A DNA stretch of 49,217 bases from Rickettsiales bacterium (GTDB lineage: Bacteria; Pseudomonadota; Alphaproteobacteria; Rickettsiales; UBA1997), in contig JANRKR010000006.1 of assembly GCA_033763375.1 (NCBI GenBank), positions 1-49,217 of the forward strand. Direction: 5' to 3'. The notes below the pieces were generated by a model, which worked only from the letters and a program-made list of their open reading frames with translations, did no database searches and had not been told where the DNA came from. Both the position numbers and the translations under genes were made by a program. This document shows positions 8,966 through 17,948 of the stretch, one piece after another (the stretch's first letter is position 1; every line of letters begins with the position of its first letter).

Positions 8966-10233
8966 GGCGCGAAGACGTCTAATTTATTGATTGCGTTAAG
9001 TGCTGAAGAAATTCCATCTTCATGAAAACCATTTTTATGATAAGCGCCACAAAAATAAATCTGATTTAAACCTTGTAATGCCGAAATTTTTTCCTGAGCT
9101 TTAATTGCAGCGCTGTCGAAAATTGGATGTGAATAATTAAACTGAGCAAAGATTTTTTCTTGAGCAATTTCTTGCGTTGGATTTAGCGTCACAAAAAGCG
9201 GATAATTGTGATCAATATTTTGTAAATTATTCATCCAATAAGTAACGGCAATTTTATCATCAGAATTTTTATCATTACGACTGTAAACCCAGCTTGCCCA
9301 AGCTTTCTTGCATTTTGGCATTAATGACGAATCGTGATGCAAAATCGCTAAATTATTTTGATATTTAAAGCTGCTAAAAACTTCTTTTTGAATGTTGGAA
9401 GGATTTTGTAAAATTTTTAAAACTTGATCGCCATGCGTTGCGAATAAAACATAATCAAATAATTCTTCAGCGTTTTTTGTTTTGATTAAAACCTTATTTT
9501 CAGAAGTTGTTAAAACTTGCAAAACTTCGTTTTCTAAGCTAATTGCGTCAGCGCCAATTTTAGCAGCAATTTTTTTTACATATTGAATTGAGCCGCCAGA
9601 AACCGTGAACCATTGCGGCTGATTTTCAACAGTCAATAAGCCGTGATTTTTAAAAAAATTTACGAAACTTTGCGCCGGATAATTGAGCATAATTTCAGTG
9701 CTACAACTCCAGATTGCGCCAGACATTGGTAATAAATAAAATTCGCGAAAATATTTTTTAACCGCCAAATCATCGAGCAGATTTTTTAAAGAATAATTAG
9801 CATCGAAAGGTTTTTCTAGAATTGCTTCAGCTTTTTTATTAAAGCGCAAAATATCGCGCAACATCATTAAAAATTGCCAATTAAAAATATTTTTTCTTTG
9901 GGCAAAAACTGTGTTTAAATTTGTTCCAGCATATTCCAAACCATTGTCAATCTTGACGCCAAAAGACATGTTACTTTTTTCATAATCAACTTTAAGCAAT
10001 TCAAAAAACTTTTTTAAATTGGGATAAGTTTGATGATTAAAAACGATAAAACCGGTATCAACGGCAATTTTTTTATTGTTATAATCAACAAAAACAGTGT
10101 TGGAATGTCCGCCAAGATAATTATTTTTCTCAAAGATTTTAAGGCGATATTTTTGCGATAAAAAATATGCTGCAGAAAGTCCAGAAATACCTGAACCAAT
10201 AATCGCAATTGATTTTGAATCCATCAGTTTCAA
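8956..10233 (-). CDS. FAD-dependent oxidoreductase (amine-oxidase / desaturase-like)
   Basis: 425 aa with the dinucleotide-binding N-terminus IAIIGSGISGLSAAYFL...E.NNYLGGH. Confidence 0.8.
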   Translation of the reverse strand: MKLMDSKSIAIIGSGISGLSAAYFLSQKYRLKIFEKNNYLGGHSNTVFVDYNNKKIAVDTGFIVFNHQTYPNLKKFFELLKVDYEKSNMSFGVKIDNGLEYAGTNLNTVFAQRKNIFNWQFLMMLRDILRFNKKAEAILEKPFDANYSLKNLLDDLAVKKYFREFYLLPMSGAIWSCSTEIMLNYPAQSFVNFFKNHGLLTVENQPQWFTVSGGSIQYVKKIAAKIGADAISLENEVLQVLTTSENKVLIKTKNAEELFDYVLFATHGDQVLKILQNPSNIQKEVFSSFKYQNNLAILHHDSSLMPKCKKAWASWVYSRNDKNSDDKIAVTYWMNNLQNIDHNYPLFVTLNPTQEIAQEKIFAQFNYSHPIFDSAAIKAQEKISALQGLNQIYFCGAYHKNGFHEDGISSALNAINKLDVFAPWQ

Positions 10234-11042
10234 ACAATTTTTTTAGTTAGAAAAAAGAAGATTGAGTAAGGTAAAAGGCGTAAAATTTTTAAAAGAAAAG
10301 TGAACTTTTTGGGAAAATGAATCTCAAATTTTTTTGCTTCCAATCCTTTTAAAATTTTTTTTGCCGCTAATTCTGACGAGATTATAAAAGGCATTTTAAA
10401 AGAATTTTTATCAGTTAAACGCGTTTTAACAAAACCCGGATTGATAACAGATAAATCAATGTTGTGACTTTTTAACTCGGGATAAATTCCTTCACAAAGA
10501 TTTATCAAAGCAGCCTTGGAAGCTCCATAAGCAAAAGATTTTGGCAAACCGCGATAACCAGCAACGCTTGCAATAACGGCAATTTGACCGGATTTTTGCT
10601 CCACCATTTTTGGAATTATAATGTCGAATAAATTTAAGCAGCCAATTAAATTTACCTGAATTGTTTGTTTGGCAATTGCCAAATCAAAATTGATTACAGA
10701 AGTTGGCTGATAAAGCGCCGAGCAGAAAATTACCAAATCGATTTTACCAAAATCTTGCAAAATTTTATCACAAGTTTTTTCCAAAGAATTGTAATCAACA
10801 ACATCAGTTTTTGTGACTGTAATTTCATCAGATTTTTTGTGAAGATTTTTTTTTAGTAAGTTTCGCTCAATTTCAAAAAGTTTATCTTGGCTGCGCGCAG
10901 AAATAATTAAATTATAATTTTGTGAAAAAATTTCTTGCGCCAAAGCTTCGCCAATTCCGTGACTAGCGCCAATAATCCAGCAGGTTTTTTTATCGGATGA
11001 TTGCTGAGAAGATAATTTTTTTCTTGTAAATAATTTTAGCAT
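10230..11042 (-). CDS. short-chain dehydrogenase/reductase (SDR)
   Basis: 270 aa with WIIGASHGIGEALA (TGxxxGIG-type) and the catalytic YGASKAAL (YxxxK). Confidence 0.85.
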   Translation of the reverse strand: MLKLFTRKKLSSQQSSDKKTCWIIGASHGIGEALAQEIFSQNYNLIISARSQDKLFEIERNLLKKNLHKKSDEITVTKTDVVDYNSLEKTCDKILQDFGKIDLVIFCSALYQPTSVINFDLAIAKQTIQVNLIGCLNLFDIIIPKMVEQKSGQIAVIASVAGYRGLPKSFAYGASKAALINLCEGIYPELKSHNIDLSVINPGFVKTRLTDKNSFKMPFIISSELAAKKILKGLEAKKFEIHFPKKFTFLLKILRLLPYSIFFFLTKKIV

Positions 11043-11059
11043 TTTTTTGAAAAAAGGCT

Positions 11060-11602
11060 TTAAAGTTTTTTGAAAGAAATTGTCAATGTGCCGACATTAA
11101 AGCCAAATTTTGACATGCGCGAAACATTGATAGCGGTTTTTTCATCAACTAAAAAAATCCAATCAACTAATTTTATGTCATATTTTTTGCCATCAACATC
11201 AACGCTTAAAACATAATTCATTTTCATAGCATTGCCAAATTGCTGACCAGTTGCAATGCCAACTGTATCATGGGCTTTGGCTGTAAAATTATTATCGTCA
11301 ATCATGTTAATTTTCCAAGTGCGCTGATCTTTTTTGCCGTCAGAAAAAACAAAATTTTCTTCTAATTGACCTGCATTTCCAACCCAATTACCGCGCATTT
11401 TAACCGTAAAACTTTTGATAACTTTACCGCTGCGATCTTGCAAAATTCCTTGAGCTTCAAGATCGCCATTTAAATATTGGCGAATGTCAAATTTAGGAGA
11501 ATTATCAACATAAATTTTTGGATCAATTGCTGACGAACAGCCAAATAAGAAAGATAAAGTCATAAATGTTAGAATGATTCTTGGATTGATAATTTTTGCC
11601 AT
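11060..11602 (-). CDS. DUF3833-family lipoprotein
   Basis: 180 aa with lipobox LSFLFG|CSS. The body (..FTVKMRGNWVGNAGQLEENFVFSDGKKDQRTWKI..MSKFGFNVGTLTISFKK) resembles DUF3833. Confidence 0.55.
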   Translation of the reverse strand: MAKIINPRIILTFMTLSFLFGCSSAIDPKIYVDNSPKFDIRQYLNGDLEAQGILQDRSGKVIKSFTVKMRGNWVGNAGQLEENFVFSDGKKDQRTWKINMIDDNNFTAKAHDTVGIATGQQFGNAMKMNYVLSVDVDGKKYDIKLVDWIFLVDEKTAINVSRMSKFGFNVGTLTISFKKL

Positions 11603-12876
11603 TTTTTAAGAAGTAAAATTGTTATAATTTTTAATATACAAGGAAGCAAAGCGTAAAAAAAAGCTATTAAATTTAGATCGCGCCAAGCCAAATTTTGTGA
11701 CCAATTTTCAGGTTGATAACCAAAAAATCCTAAAACAATTAAACTGGTAGAAGCGGCAATCATTAAACCTAATTTTGCTACTAAATTCCACATTGAAAAA
11801 TAAGACGAAGCTAATTCTTTTTTGGATGAAATTATTTGAGCCAAAATTATCGGTGGTGCAATCAAATCACAGCCTAAAAATATCCCAGAAAAAAAACAAA
11901 CGAAATAAAAATATTGCCAAGTTTGATTGTCTAAAAAGTAGGCTAAAAAGAAAGTTAAAACCGAGAAAGAGATTGATAAAATCCATAGTTTTATCACGCC
12001 GATTTTGTTAAATAAAATTTTCCAAATTGGGATAAAAAAACAAGCCGACAAAAAATAAATGCTTAAAAACCAACCTAGATTTTTTTCACTGTTTAAAACT
12101 TCGCGAATATAGAAATTTAGATTAGCTGCTGGCAAACTTACCGCAATTGAATTAACCAAAAAAATTAATAAAAAAAATAGAAATTTTTGATCACGCCAAA
12201 CTGCTAAAAAAGTTATTTTTTTTGAAAAACTGGCAGAAATTTTTTGGCTTAAATTTTCATTATCAATTTGTATTTTTGGTAAAAAAAACAAAACAGCCAA
12301 AACTATTAAAACAGCAAAAGTAAGGCTTAAAACATGATAATTCTGTTGATCACTTTGCGCTAAATTTTGCACCAAAATTGTTGGCAAAATAAAGGCAAGA
12401 ATCATACCAATTAAACCCAAAAATTCTTTGCAAGAATTGATGATAATTCTTTCGCGATCATCTTTGGCGATGATTGCAATTAAAGCCTCAAAGTTAATTA
12501 TGGTGAAATTAAAAAAACTATAAGTGAAAATTAAAGTGATGAAAAACCAAGTGATGGCTAAATTTTTGTTAAGAAATAAAGGCGGATTAAAAACCAAATA
12601 AAAACTTAATACTAAAAATAGCGCCGAAACGCTGATAATTTTTTGGCGAGAAATTTTTTTACGCGCCAGATAATCAGAAAAATAGCCAATTAATGGATCT
12701 TGCAGCGCATCAACTACACGAATAAAAATCAGTAAAATTCCAATCAAAGTTAAGCTAAGTTGAAATTTTTGCGCGTAAAAATCGCTAATATTTAAATAAA
12801 TTGGAATGCCAACAAACGCTAAAGGTAAAGCTAAAAAACTTAAGAAAAAAATTTGCGACTTTTTTATTGGTGTCAT
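11569..12876 (-). CDS. MFS / glycoside-pentoside-hexuronide-type transporter
   Basis: 435 aa and polytopic (about 12 hydrophobic segments). It has the GPH-family loop motif RVVDALQDPLIGYFSD. Confidence 0.7.
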   Translation of the reverse strand: MTPIKKSQIFFLSFLALPLAFVGIPIYLNISDFYAQKFQLSLTLIGILLIFIRVVDALQDPLIGYFSDYLARKKISRQKIISVSALFLVLSFYLVFNPPLFLNKNLAITWFFITLIFTYSFFNFTIINFEALIAIIAKDDRERIIINSCKEFLGLIGMILAFILPTILVQNLAQSDQQNYHVLSLTFAVLIVLAVLFFLPKIQIDNENLSQKISASFSKKITFLAVWRDQKFLFFLLIFLVNSIAVSLPAANLNFYIREVLNSEKNLGWFLSIYFLSACFFIPIWKILFNKIGVIKLWILSISFSVLTFFLAYFLDNQTWQYFYFVCFFSGIFLGCDLIAPPIILAQIISSKKELASSYFSMWNLVAKLGLMIAASTSLIVLGFFGYQPENWSQNLAWRDLNLIAFFYALLPCILKIITILLLKKWQKLSIQESF

Positions 12877-12879
12877 TTT

Positions 12880-13596
12880 TTAAATATTAGTTAAATCTGT
12901 TGTGGAAATTTTTCGATCATAAATTGCGCGACCAACAATTGCGCCAATTACGCCAAATCTTTCTAAAGATTTTATTTTTAAAATATCTTTGAAATCAGCA
13001 ATTCCGCCTGACGCAATGATTGGAATTTTTAAATTTTCTGCCAGATTTTTTGTACCTTCAAAATCAAAGCCAGTCATAGTTCCGTCACGAGAAATATCAG
13101 TATAAATAATTGCGGCAATACCAAAATCAGAATATTTTTTTGCCAGTTCCAAAGCTTTAATTTTTGAAGTTTCAACCCAACCGTGAGTTGCAACAAAACC
13201 ATCTTTAGCATCAATTCCAACCACAATTTTATTTGGAAATTTTTTACAAGCTTCAATAACTAAATCAGGATTTTTAAGTGCAATTGTGCCAAGAATAACG
13301 CGGTTTATTCCCAAGCTAAGCCATTTTTCAATATCAGCAATTGATCTGATGCCGCCGCCAAGTTGAGTAGGAATTTTTACAGTTTTTAAAATTTCAATGA
13401 TAGATTCTTGATTAGCACTAGCGCCTGCAATTGCGCCATCCAAATCAACAATATGTAAAAATTTAAAACCGGATTTTTCAAATTCTCGCGCTTGTTGACT
13501 TGGATTATTATTGAAAATTGTTGCTTGATTCATATCGCCTTTGAAAAGGCGAACACATTGCCCATTTTTTAAATCAATTGCTGGAAATATTATCAT
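12880..13596 (-). CDS. hisA: 1-(5-phosphoribosyl)-5-[(5-phosphoribosylamino)methylideneamino]imidazole-4-carboxamide isomerase
   Basis: MIIFPAIDLKNGQCVRL..., VDLDGA and GGGIRS motifs. I place the start at the internal ATG 13596 (M33 of the tracked ORF) because homologs begin at MI.PAIDL. Confidence 0.85.
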   Translation of the reverse strand: MIIFPAIDLKNGQCVRLFKGDMNQATIFNNNPSQQAREFEKSGFKFLHIVDLDGAIAGASANQESIIEILKTVKIPTQLGGGIRSIADIEKWLSLGINRVILGTIALKNPDLVIEACKKFPNKIVVGIDAKDGFVATHGWVETSKIKALELAKKYSDFGIAAIIYTDISRDGTMTGFDFEGTKNLAENLKIPIIASGGIADFKDILKIKSLERFGVIGAIVGRAIYDRKISTTDLTNI

Positions 13597-13818
13597 AAAA
13601 AATTCAGTTAAATAATTAATGATCGATGAGTTTTTTAGGTTGCAATTTTTTATGAGCCTTCTAAAAAAGCGCGCTTCTTGATCTTCTTTCAAGAAAATAA
13701 TCTTACAACAATTCCTACAACATAAATTTCTACAACATAGGCATTTTGGTGTTCATTCAAGGTTTTTCCTTTCGTGAATTTTGCTGATGTTGCTTAATTA
13801 ACCAAAATAAATTTAAAC

Positions 13819-14865
13819 ATGTCTAAAACAGAACTTCCAACTTTTACCATCAAACAGCTGCTTGAAGCAGGCGTACACTTTGGCCATAAAACTATGCGCC
13901 GAAATCCAAAAATGACCAAATATATTTACACCAACAGTAACGGCGTAAGCATAATTGATCTTAACAAAACTGCTACTTTGCTGCACAAAGCTTTAATTAC
14001 CGTTAAAGATATCGCTAAAAATAATGGCAGAATTTTATTTGTGGCTACTAAAAAACAAGGCGCTGAACCAGTTGCCGAAGCTGCTAAAAGATGTGGTCAA
14101 TATTATGTTAATTTCAGATGGTTGGGTGGCATGTTGACTAATTGGAAAACTGTTTCGCAATCGATTAAAACTTTGAAAAAAATTGATGAGCAACTCGCCA
14201 GTGAAGAAATTGACTTTAAGAAAAAAGAAAAATTAGTTTTGCAAAGACAAAAACTTAAACTTGAACAAGCGCTTGGCGGAATCAAAAATATGGGCGGTTA
14301 TCCTGATCTTGTTTTTATCATTGATACTCACAAAGAAGCGCTGGCTATTGCTGAAGCTAAAAAACTTGGCGTGCCAATCATGGCAATTCTTGATTCTAAT
14401 TGTAATCCGGATGGCATTGCTTTTCCAATTCCTGGAAATGATGATTCTGCTAAAGCAATTAAACTTTATTGTCGTTTAATTTCTGATGCTGCAATTGCCG
14501 GCGTTAAAGAGAATATGGCAATTTCTGGCGTTGATATCAGTAAATTTGAAAGCGATGAAGAAATTTCTAACTATAAAAATTCTCTCGCTGAAAAAACCGA
14601 GAAAAAACCTGCTGAAAAAGACGCTAAAGATTTCAAAGGCAAAAAGGATTTTAAAGGTAAAAAAGATTCCAAACATGCTAAAACAGAAGTGAAACACGAA
14701 AAGCATGATAAAAAATCTGATAAACACCAAGCTCATAAAACCGATCATGATAAAAAGCATCAAACTCATGACAAGAGTGAAAAATCTGATCGTGATACAA
14801 AAAAAGAAGATAAAAAACCGGCAGCAAAAAAACCAGCAGCTAAGAAACCAGCAGCAAAAAAATAA
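13819..14865 (+). CDS. rpsB: 30S ribosomal protein S2 with ~90-aa Lys/His-rich C-terminal extension
   Basis: The N-terminal ~255 aa is canonical S2 (LLEAGVHFGH.., NFRWLGGMLTNW). The tail contains DFKGKK x2 and KKPAA x3. Confidence 0.92.
   Translation: MSKTELPTFTIKQLLEAGVHFGHKTMRRNPKMTKYIYTNSNGVSIIDLNKTATLLHKALITVKDIAKNNGRILFVATKKQGAEPVAEAAKRCGQYYVNFRWLGGMLTNWKTVSQSIKTLKKIDEQLASEEIDFKKKEKLVLQRQKLKLEQALGGIKNMGGYPDLVFIIDTHKEALAIAEAKKLGVPIMAILDSNCNPDGIAFPIPGNDDSAKAIKLYCRLISDAAIAGVKENMAISGVDISKFESDEEISNYKNSLAEKTEKKPAEKDAKDFKGKKDFKGKKDSKHAKTEVKHEKHDKKSDKHQAHKTDHDKKHQTHDKSEKSDRDTKKEDKKPAAKKPAAKKPAAKK
14812..14856 (+). repeat. 15-bp in-frame tandem repeat x3 encoding KKPAA at the rpsB 3' end
   Basis: aaaaaaccggcagca / aaaaaaccagcagct / aagaaaccagcagca, read directly. 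Confidence 0.85.
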
Positions 14866-14886
14866 CTTAAAAATTTAGTAAATATT

Positions 14887-15798
14887 ATGGCAGATTTATC
14901 TCTTATTAAAAAACTTCGTGAAGCCACAGGTTGTGGAATTTCCGATTGCAACAAAGCTTTGGCTGAAAATGGTGATGATTTTGAAAAATCAGTTGATTGG
15001 TTGCGCAAAAAAGGTCTTTCGGCAGCAGTTAAAAAAAGTGGCAGAATTACTTCGGAAGGTGCGGTTGCAGTTATAGTTGAAAATAACAACGCTGCAATTG
15101 TTGAAGTTAATTCTGAAACTGATTTCGTTGCCAGAAATCAAAAATTCCAAGACTTCGTTTTGGCGCTTTCTAAGCTTGCAATTGGCTGCGGCGAAGATGT
15201 TGAAAAGCTTAAAAACAAAAATTTCAATTCAAATCATTTGGTTGATACTGAGTTAAAAAATCAAATCAGCGTTATTGGCGAAAATATTAATATTCGTCGT
15301 ATTGCTAATTTATCAGTCAATAAAGGTGAAATTGTAAGCTATATTCACAACGCAACCGCACCAAATATGGGTAAAATTGCTGTTTTGGTGGCTTTTGAGT
15401 CTGAATCAGAAAAATCAAAATTAACAGAATTTGGCAAACAAATCGCGATGCATATTGCAGCGGCAAAACCTGACGCGTTAAATATTCAATCAGTGGCGCC
15501 AGAAAAATTAAAAAGAGAAGTTGAAGTTTTAAAAGAACAAGCGCGCGCATCGGGCAAGCCAGAAAATATTATTGATAAAATGATTGAAGGCAGAATTAGA
15601 AAATACTACGAAGAAGTGGTTCTTTTGGAGCAGCCTTTTGTGATGGATGACAAAATAAAAATTAAAGATTTGCTTGCCAAATTCAGCAAAGAAAATGGCG
15701 AAACTAAAATTTCAGCTTTCAAACTTTTTATTCTTGGAGAAGGAATTGAAAAGAAGGAAAATGATTTTGCTGCTGAAGTTGCTTCAATGACTAGTTAA
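14887..15798 (+). CDS. tsf: translation elongation factor Ts
   Basis: 303 aa starting [20 protein letters not shown] (UBA-like N-terminal domain). It follows rpsB as in the conserved operon. Confidence 0.92.
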   Translation: MADLSLIKKLREATGCGISDCNKALAENGDDFEKSVDWLRKKGLSAAVKKSGRITSEGAVAVIVENNNAAIVEVNSETDFVARNQKFQDFVLALSKLAIGCGEDVEKLKNKNFNSNHLVDTELKNQISVIGENINIRRIANLSVNKGEIVSYIHNATAPNMGKIAVLVAFESESEKSKLTEFGKQIAMHIAAAKPDALNIQSVAPEKLKREVEVLKEQARASGKPENIIDKMIEGRIRKYYEEVVLLEQPFVMDDKIKIKDLLAKFSKENGETKISAFKLFILGEGIEKKENDFAAEVASMTS

Positions 15799-15811
15799 CT
15801 TAATCAATAAA

Positions 15812-16534
15812 ATGGCAGAAAAATCGGCGCTAAAATTTAAACGCATTCTTTTTAAAGTCTCAGGCGAGGCGATGATGGGCGATAAAGGTTTTGGTCACGA
15901 TTTAGAAGCAATTAAAAAAATCTGTGACCAAATAATTTCCGCTTATGAACTTGGTTGCGAAATTTGTTTGGTTGTTGGTGGTGGAAATATTTTTCGTGGC
16001 GTTTCAGTTGCTGCTTCAGGAATGGAGCGTGCAAGCGCCGATTATATGGGAATGCTTGCCACTTGTATAAACGGTTTGGCTTTACAAAACGCACTGGAAA
16101 AACGCGGCGTTGAAACGCGCATGCAATCAGCAATTCAGATGGATAGTATTTGCGAACCTTACATTAAAAGAAAAGCTTCTCGCCATTTAGAAAAAAAGCG
16201 CATCGTAATTTTTGCCGCTGGAACTGGAAATCCTTTTTTTACCACCGACACCGCCGCCGTTCTTCGCGCCATTGAAGTTAAATGTGATGTAATTTTAAAA
16301 GGTACACAAGTTGATGGCGTTTATTCTGCTGATCCCAAAATTGATAAAACCGCCACGCGCTATGATTCTCTGCGTTATATTGATGTTTTAAAACAAGATT
16401 TAAAAGTTATGGATCAAACCGCCATCACTCTTGCCAAAGACAATAAATTGCCAATTATTGTTTTTTCAATTAAAGGCGAAAATGCTTTATGTGAAGTGGT
16501 TTTAGGGCGCGGAAAATTTACGATTATTAATTGA
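15812..16534 (+). CDS. pyrH: UMP kinase
   Basis: 240 aa with [20 protein letters not shown] and [13 protein letters not shown] motifs. Confidence 0.92.
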   Translation: MAEKSALKFKRILFKVSGEAMMGDKGFGHDLEAIKKICDQIISAYELGCEICLVVGGGNIFRGVSVAASGMERASADYMGMLATCINGLALQNALEKRGVETRMQSAIQMDSICEPYIKRKASRHLEKKRIVIFAAGTGNPFFTTDTAAVLRAIEVKCDVILKGTQVDGVYSADPKIDKTATRYDSLRYIDVLKQDLKVMDQTAITLAKDNKLPIIVFSIKGENALCEVVLGRGKFTIIN

Positions 16535-16540
16535 TAACCT

Positions 16541-16614
16541 TCGTCATTGCGAGGAGCGAAGCGACGCGGCAATCTCAGAAGATTGCCGCGTCGCTTCGCT
16601 CCTCGCAATGACGA
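16541..16614. repeat. perfect 74-bp GC-rich palindrome (35-bp arms, 4-nt loop), REP/MITE-like element
   Basis: Left arm tcgtcattgcgaggagcgaagcgacgcggcaatct, loop caga, then the exact reverse complement. The arm is 21/35 G+C in an AT-rich background. It lies in the pyrH-frr spacer. Confidence 0.9.
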
Positions 16615-16639
16615 GATTATAAACATTTTTCAAAATTTT

Positions 16640-17197
16640 ATGATTAACGAACTGGCCGATAAAACTCGTAAAAAAATGGAAGAAGCAATGGCTTCTCTCA
16701 AGCGCGATATGGATTCAATTTCAACTGGTCGTGCTACACCAAGTTTGCTGGATTTAGTGCGAGTTGAAGTCTACGGTCAGTTAATGCCAATTTCTCAACT
16801 TGCCAGTGTTTCTGTTTCTGACGCTACAACTTTATCAATTCAAGTTTGGGATCGCGGCAATGTCAAAGCAGTAGAAAAGGCCATCATGAATTCTAATTTA
16901 GGTTTCAATCCTTTAGTTGATGGAACTATAATTCGCATCATGATTCCAAAGCTTAGTGAAGAGCGCCGCAAAGAATTGGTTAAATTAGCTAAAAAATATG
17001 GTGAAGATAAAAAAATTGTTGTGCGCAATATTCGTCGCGATGTTTTGGATGATTTTAAAAAAAGAGAAAAAGAATTGGCAGCTTCCAAAGATCAGATTCA
17101 TTCCTGCAACGATGTTGTCCAAAAAATTACTGATGAATTTGTTAAAAAAATTGATGATGTAGTTGCTCTAAAGGAAAAAGAATTAATGAAAGTTTAA
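16640..17197 (+). CDS. frr: ribosome recycling factor
   Basis: The start is moved to ATG 16640 (M32 of the tracked ORF), because the upstream 31 codons are the translated palindrome. The body is typical: ..SISTGRATPSLLD.., LSEERRKELVK. Confidence 0.9.
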   Translation: MINELADKTRKKMEEAMASLKRDMDSISTGRATPSLLDLVRVEVYGQLMPISQLASVSVSDATTLSIQVWDRGNVKAVEKAIMNSNLGFNPLVDGTIIRIMIPKLSEERRKELVKLAKKYGEDKKIVVRNIRRDVLDDFKKREKELAASKDQIHSCNDVVQKITDEFVKKIDDVVALKEKELMKV

Positions 17198-17207
17198 AAA
17201 AATTTTA

Positions 17208-17948
17208 ATGTTTTTTCTTAAAAAAAAAATCTCCGAAAGAAAATTACCAAAAAAAATTCCAACTCACATTGCTATAATTATGGATGGCAATGCGCGCTGG
17301 GCAAAAGCCAAAAAATTACCAATCACTATCGGTCATAAAACTGGCTCAGAAAATGTTAAAAAAATTGCTGAAAATTGCATTGAAATTGGAGTTAAAAATT
17401 TAACCATTTATGCTTTCTCTTCAGAAAATTGGGATCGTCCGCAAAGCGAAGTAGAATATTTGATGAAGTTGCTTGATGATTATTTGGAAAAAGAAACTAA
17501 GCCGCTGATTGAAAAAGATGTGCGTATTATAATTTCTGGCAACTTAACAAAATTATCTGCCGCAACCAAAACGCGCATTCAATCTTTGCAAGATCTTACC
17601 AAAAATAATCAGGCTTTAACTTTAAATGTAGCTTTCAGCTATGGTGCAAGACAAGAAATTGTCAACGCCGCGAAGAAGATAAGCCTTGCAGTTAGTGAAG
17701 GCAAAATTAGCTTACATGAGCTTGATGAAAAACTTTTTGCTCAGAATTTATATCAGCCGCAAATTCCTGATCCGGATCTTTTGATCAGAACTGCGGGCGA
17801 TTTAAGATTGAGTAATTTTTTATTATGGCAATTGGCTTATAGCGAACTTTATTTTACTGAAGTTTTCTGGCCAGATTTTAGCAAGCACCATTTGTTAGAA
17901 GCAATTAACGAATTTAACAAAAGAGAGAGGCGATATGGCAAAAGATAA
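17208..17948 (+). CDS. uppS: di-trans,poly-cis-undecaprenyl-diphosphate synthase
   Basis: 246 aa with HIAIIMDGNARWA, YAFSSENW.RP and RTAGDLRLSNFLLWQ.AYSE. Confidence 0.9.
   Translation: MFFLKKKISERKLPKKIPTHIAIIMDGNARWAKAKKLPITIGHKTGSENVKKIAENCIEIGVKNLTIYAFSSENWDRPQSEVEYLMKLLDDYLEKETKPLIEKDVRIIISGNLTKLSAATKTRIQSLQDLTKNNQALTLNVAFSYGARQEIVNAAKKISLAVSEGKISLHELDEKLFAQNLYQPQIPDPDLLIRTAGDLRLSNFLLWQLAYSELYFTEVFWPDFSKHHLLEAINEFNKRERRYGKR

Noticed and set aside
13597-13692. 32-codon N-terminal extension of hisA in the ORF track.
   Set aside because: HisA proteins start at the M-I-x-P-A-I-D-L strand. The extension has no homolog-like features, and the internal ATG fits.
16547-16639. N-terminal 31 codons of the tracked frr ORF (MRGAKRRGNLRRLPRRFAPRNDE...) and the antisense ORF 16414..16626.
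   Set aside because: Both are translations of the two arms of the perfect palindrome at 16541-16614. RRF homologs begin at the MINELADK.. methionine (16640).
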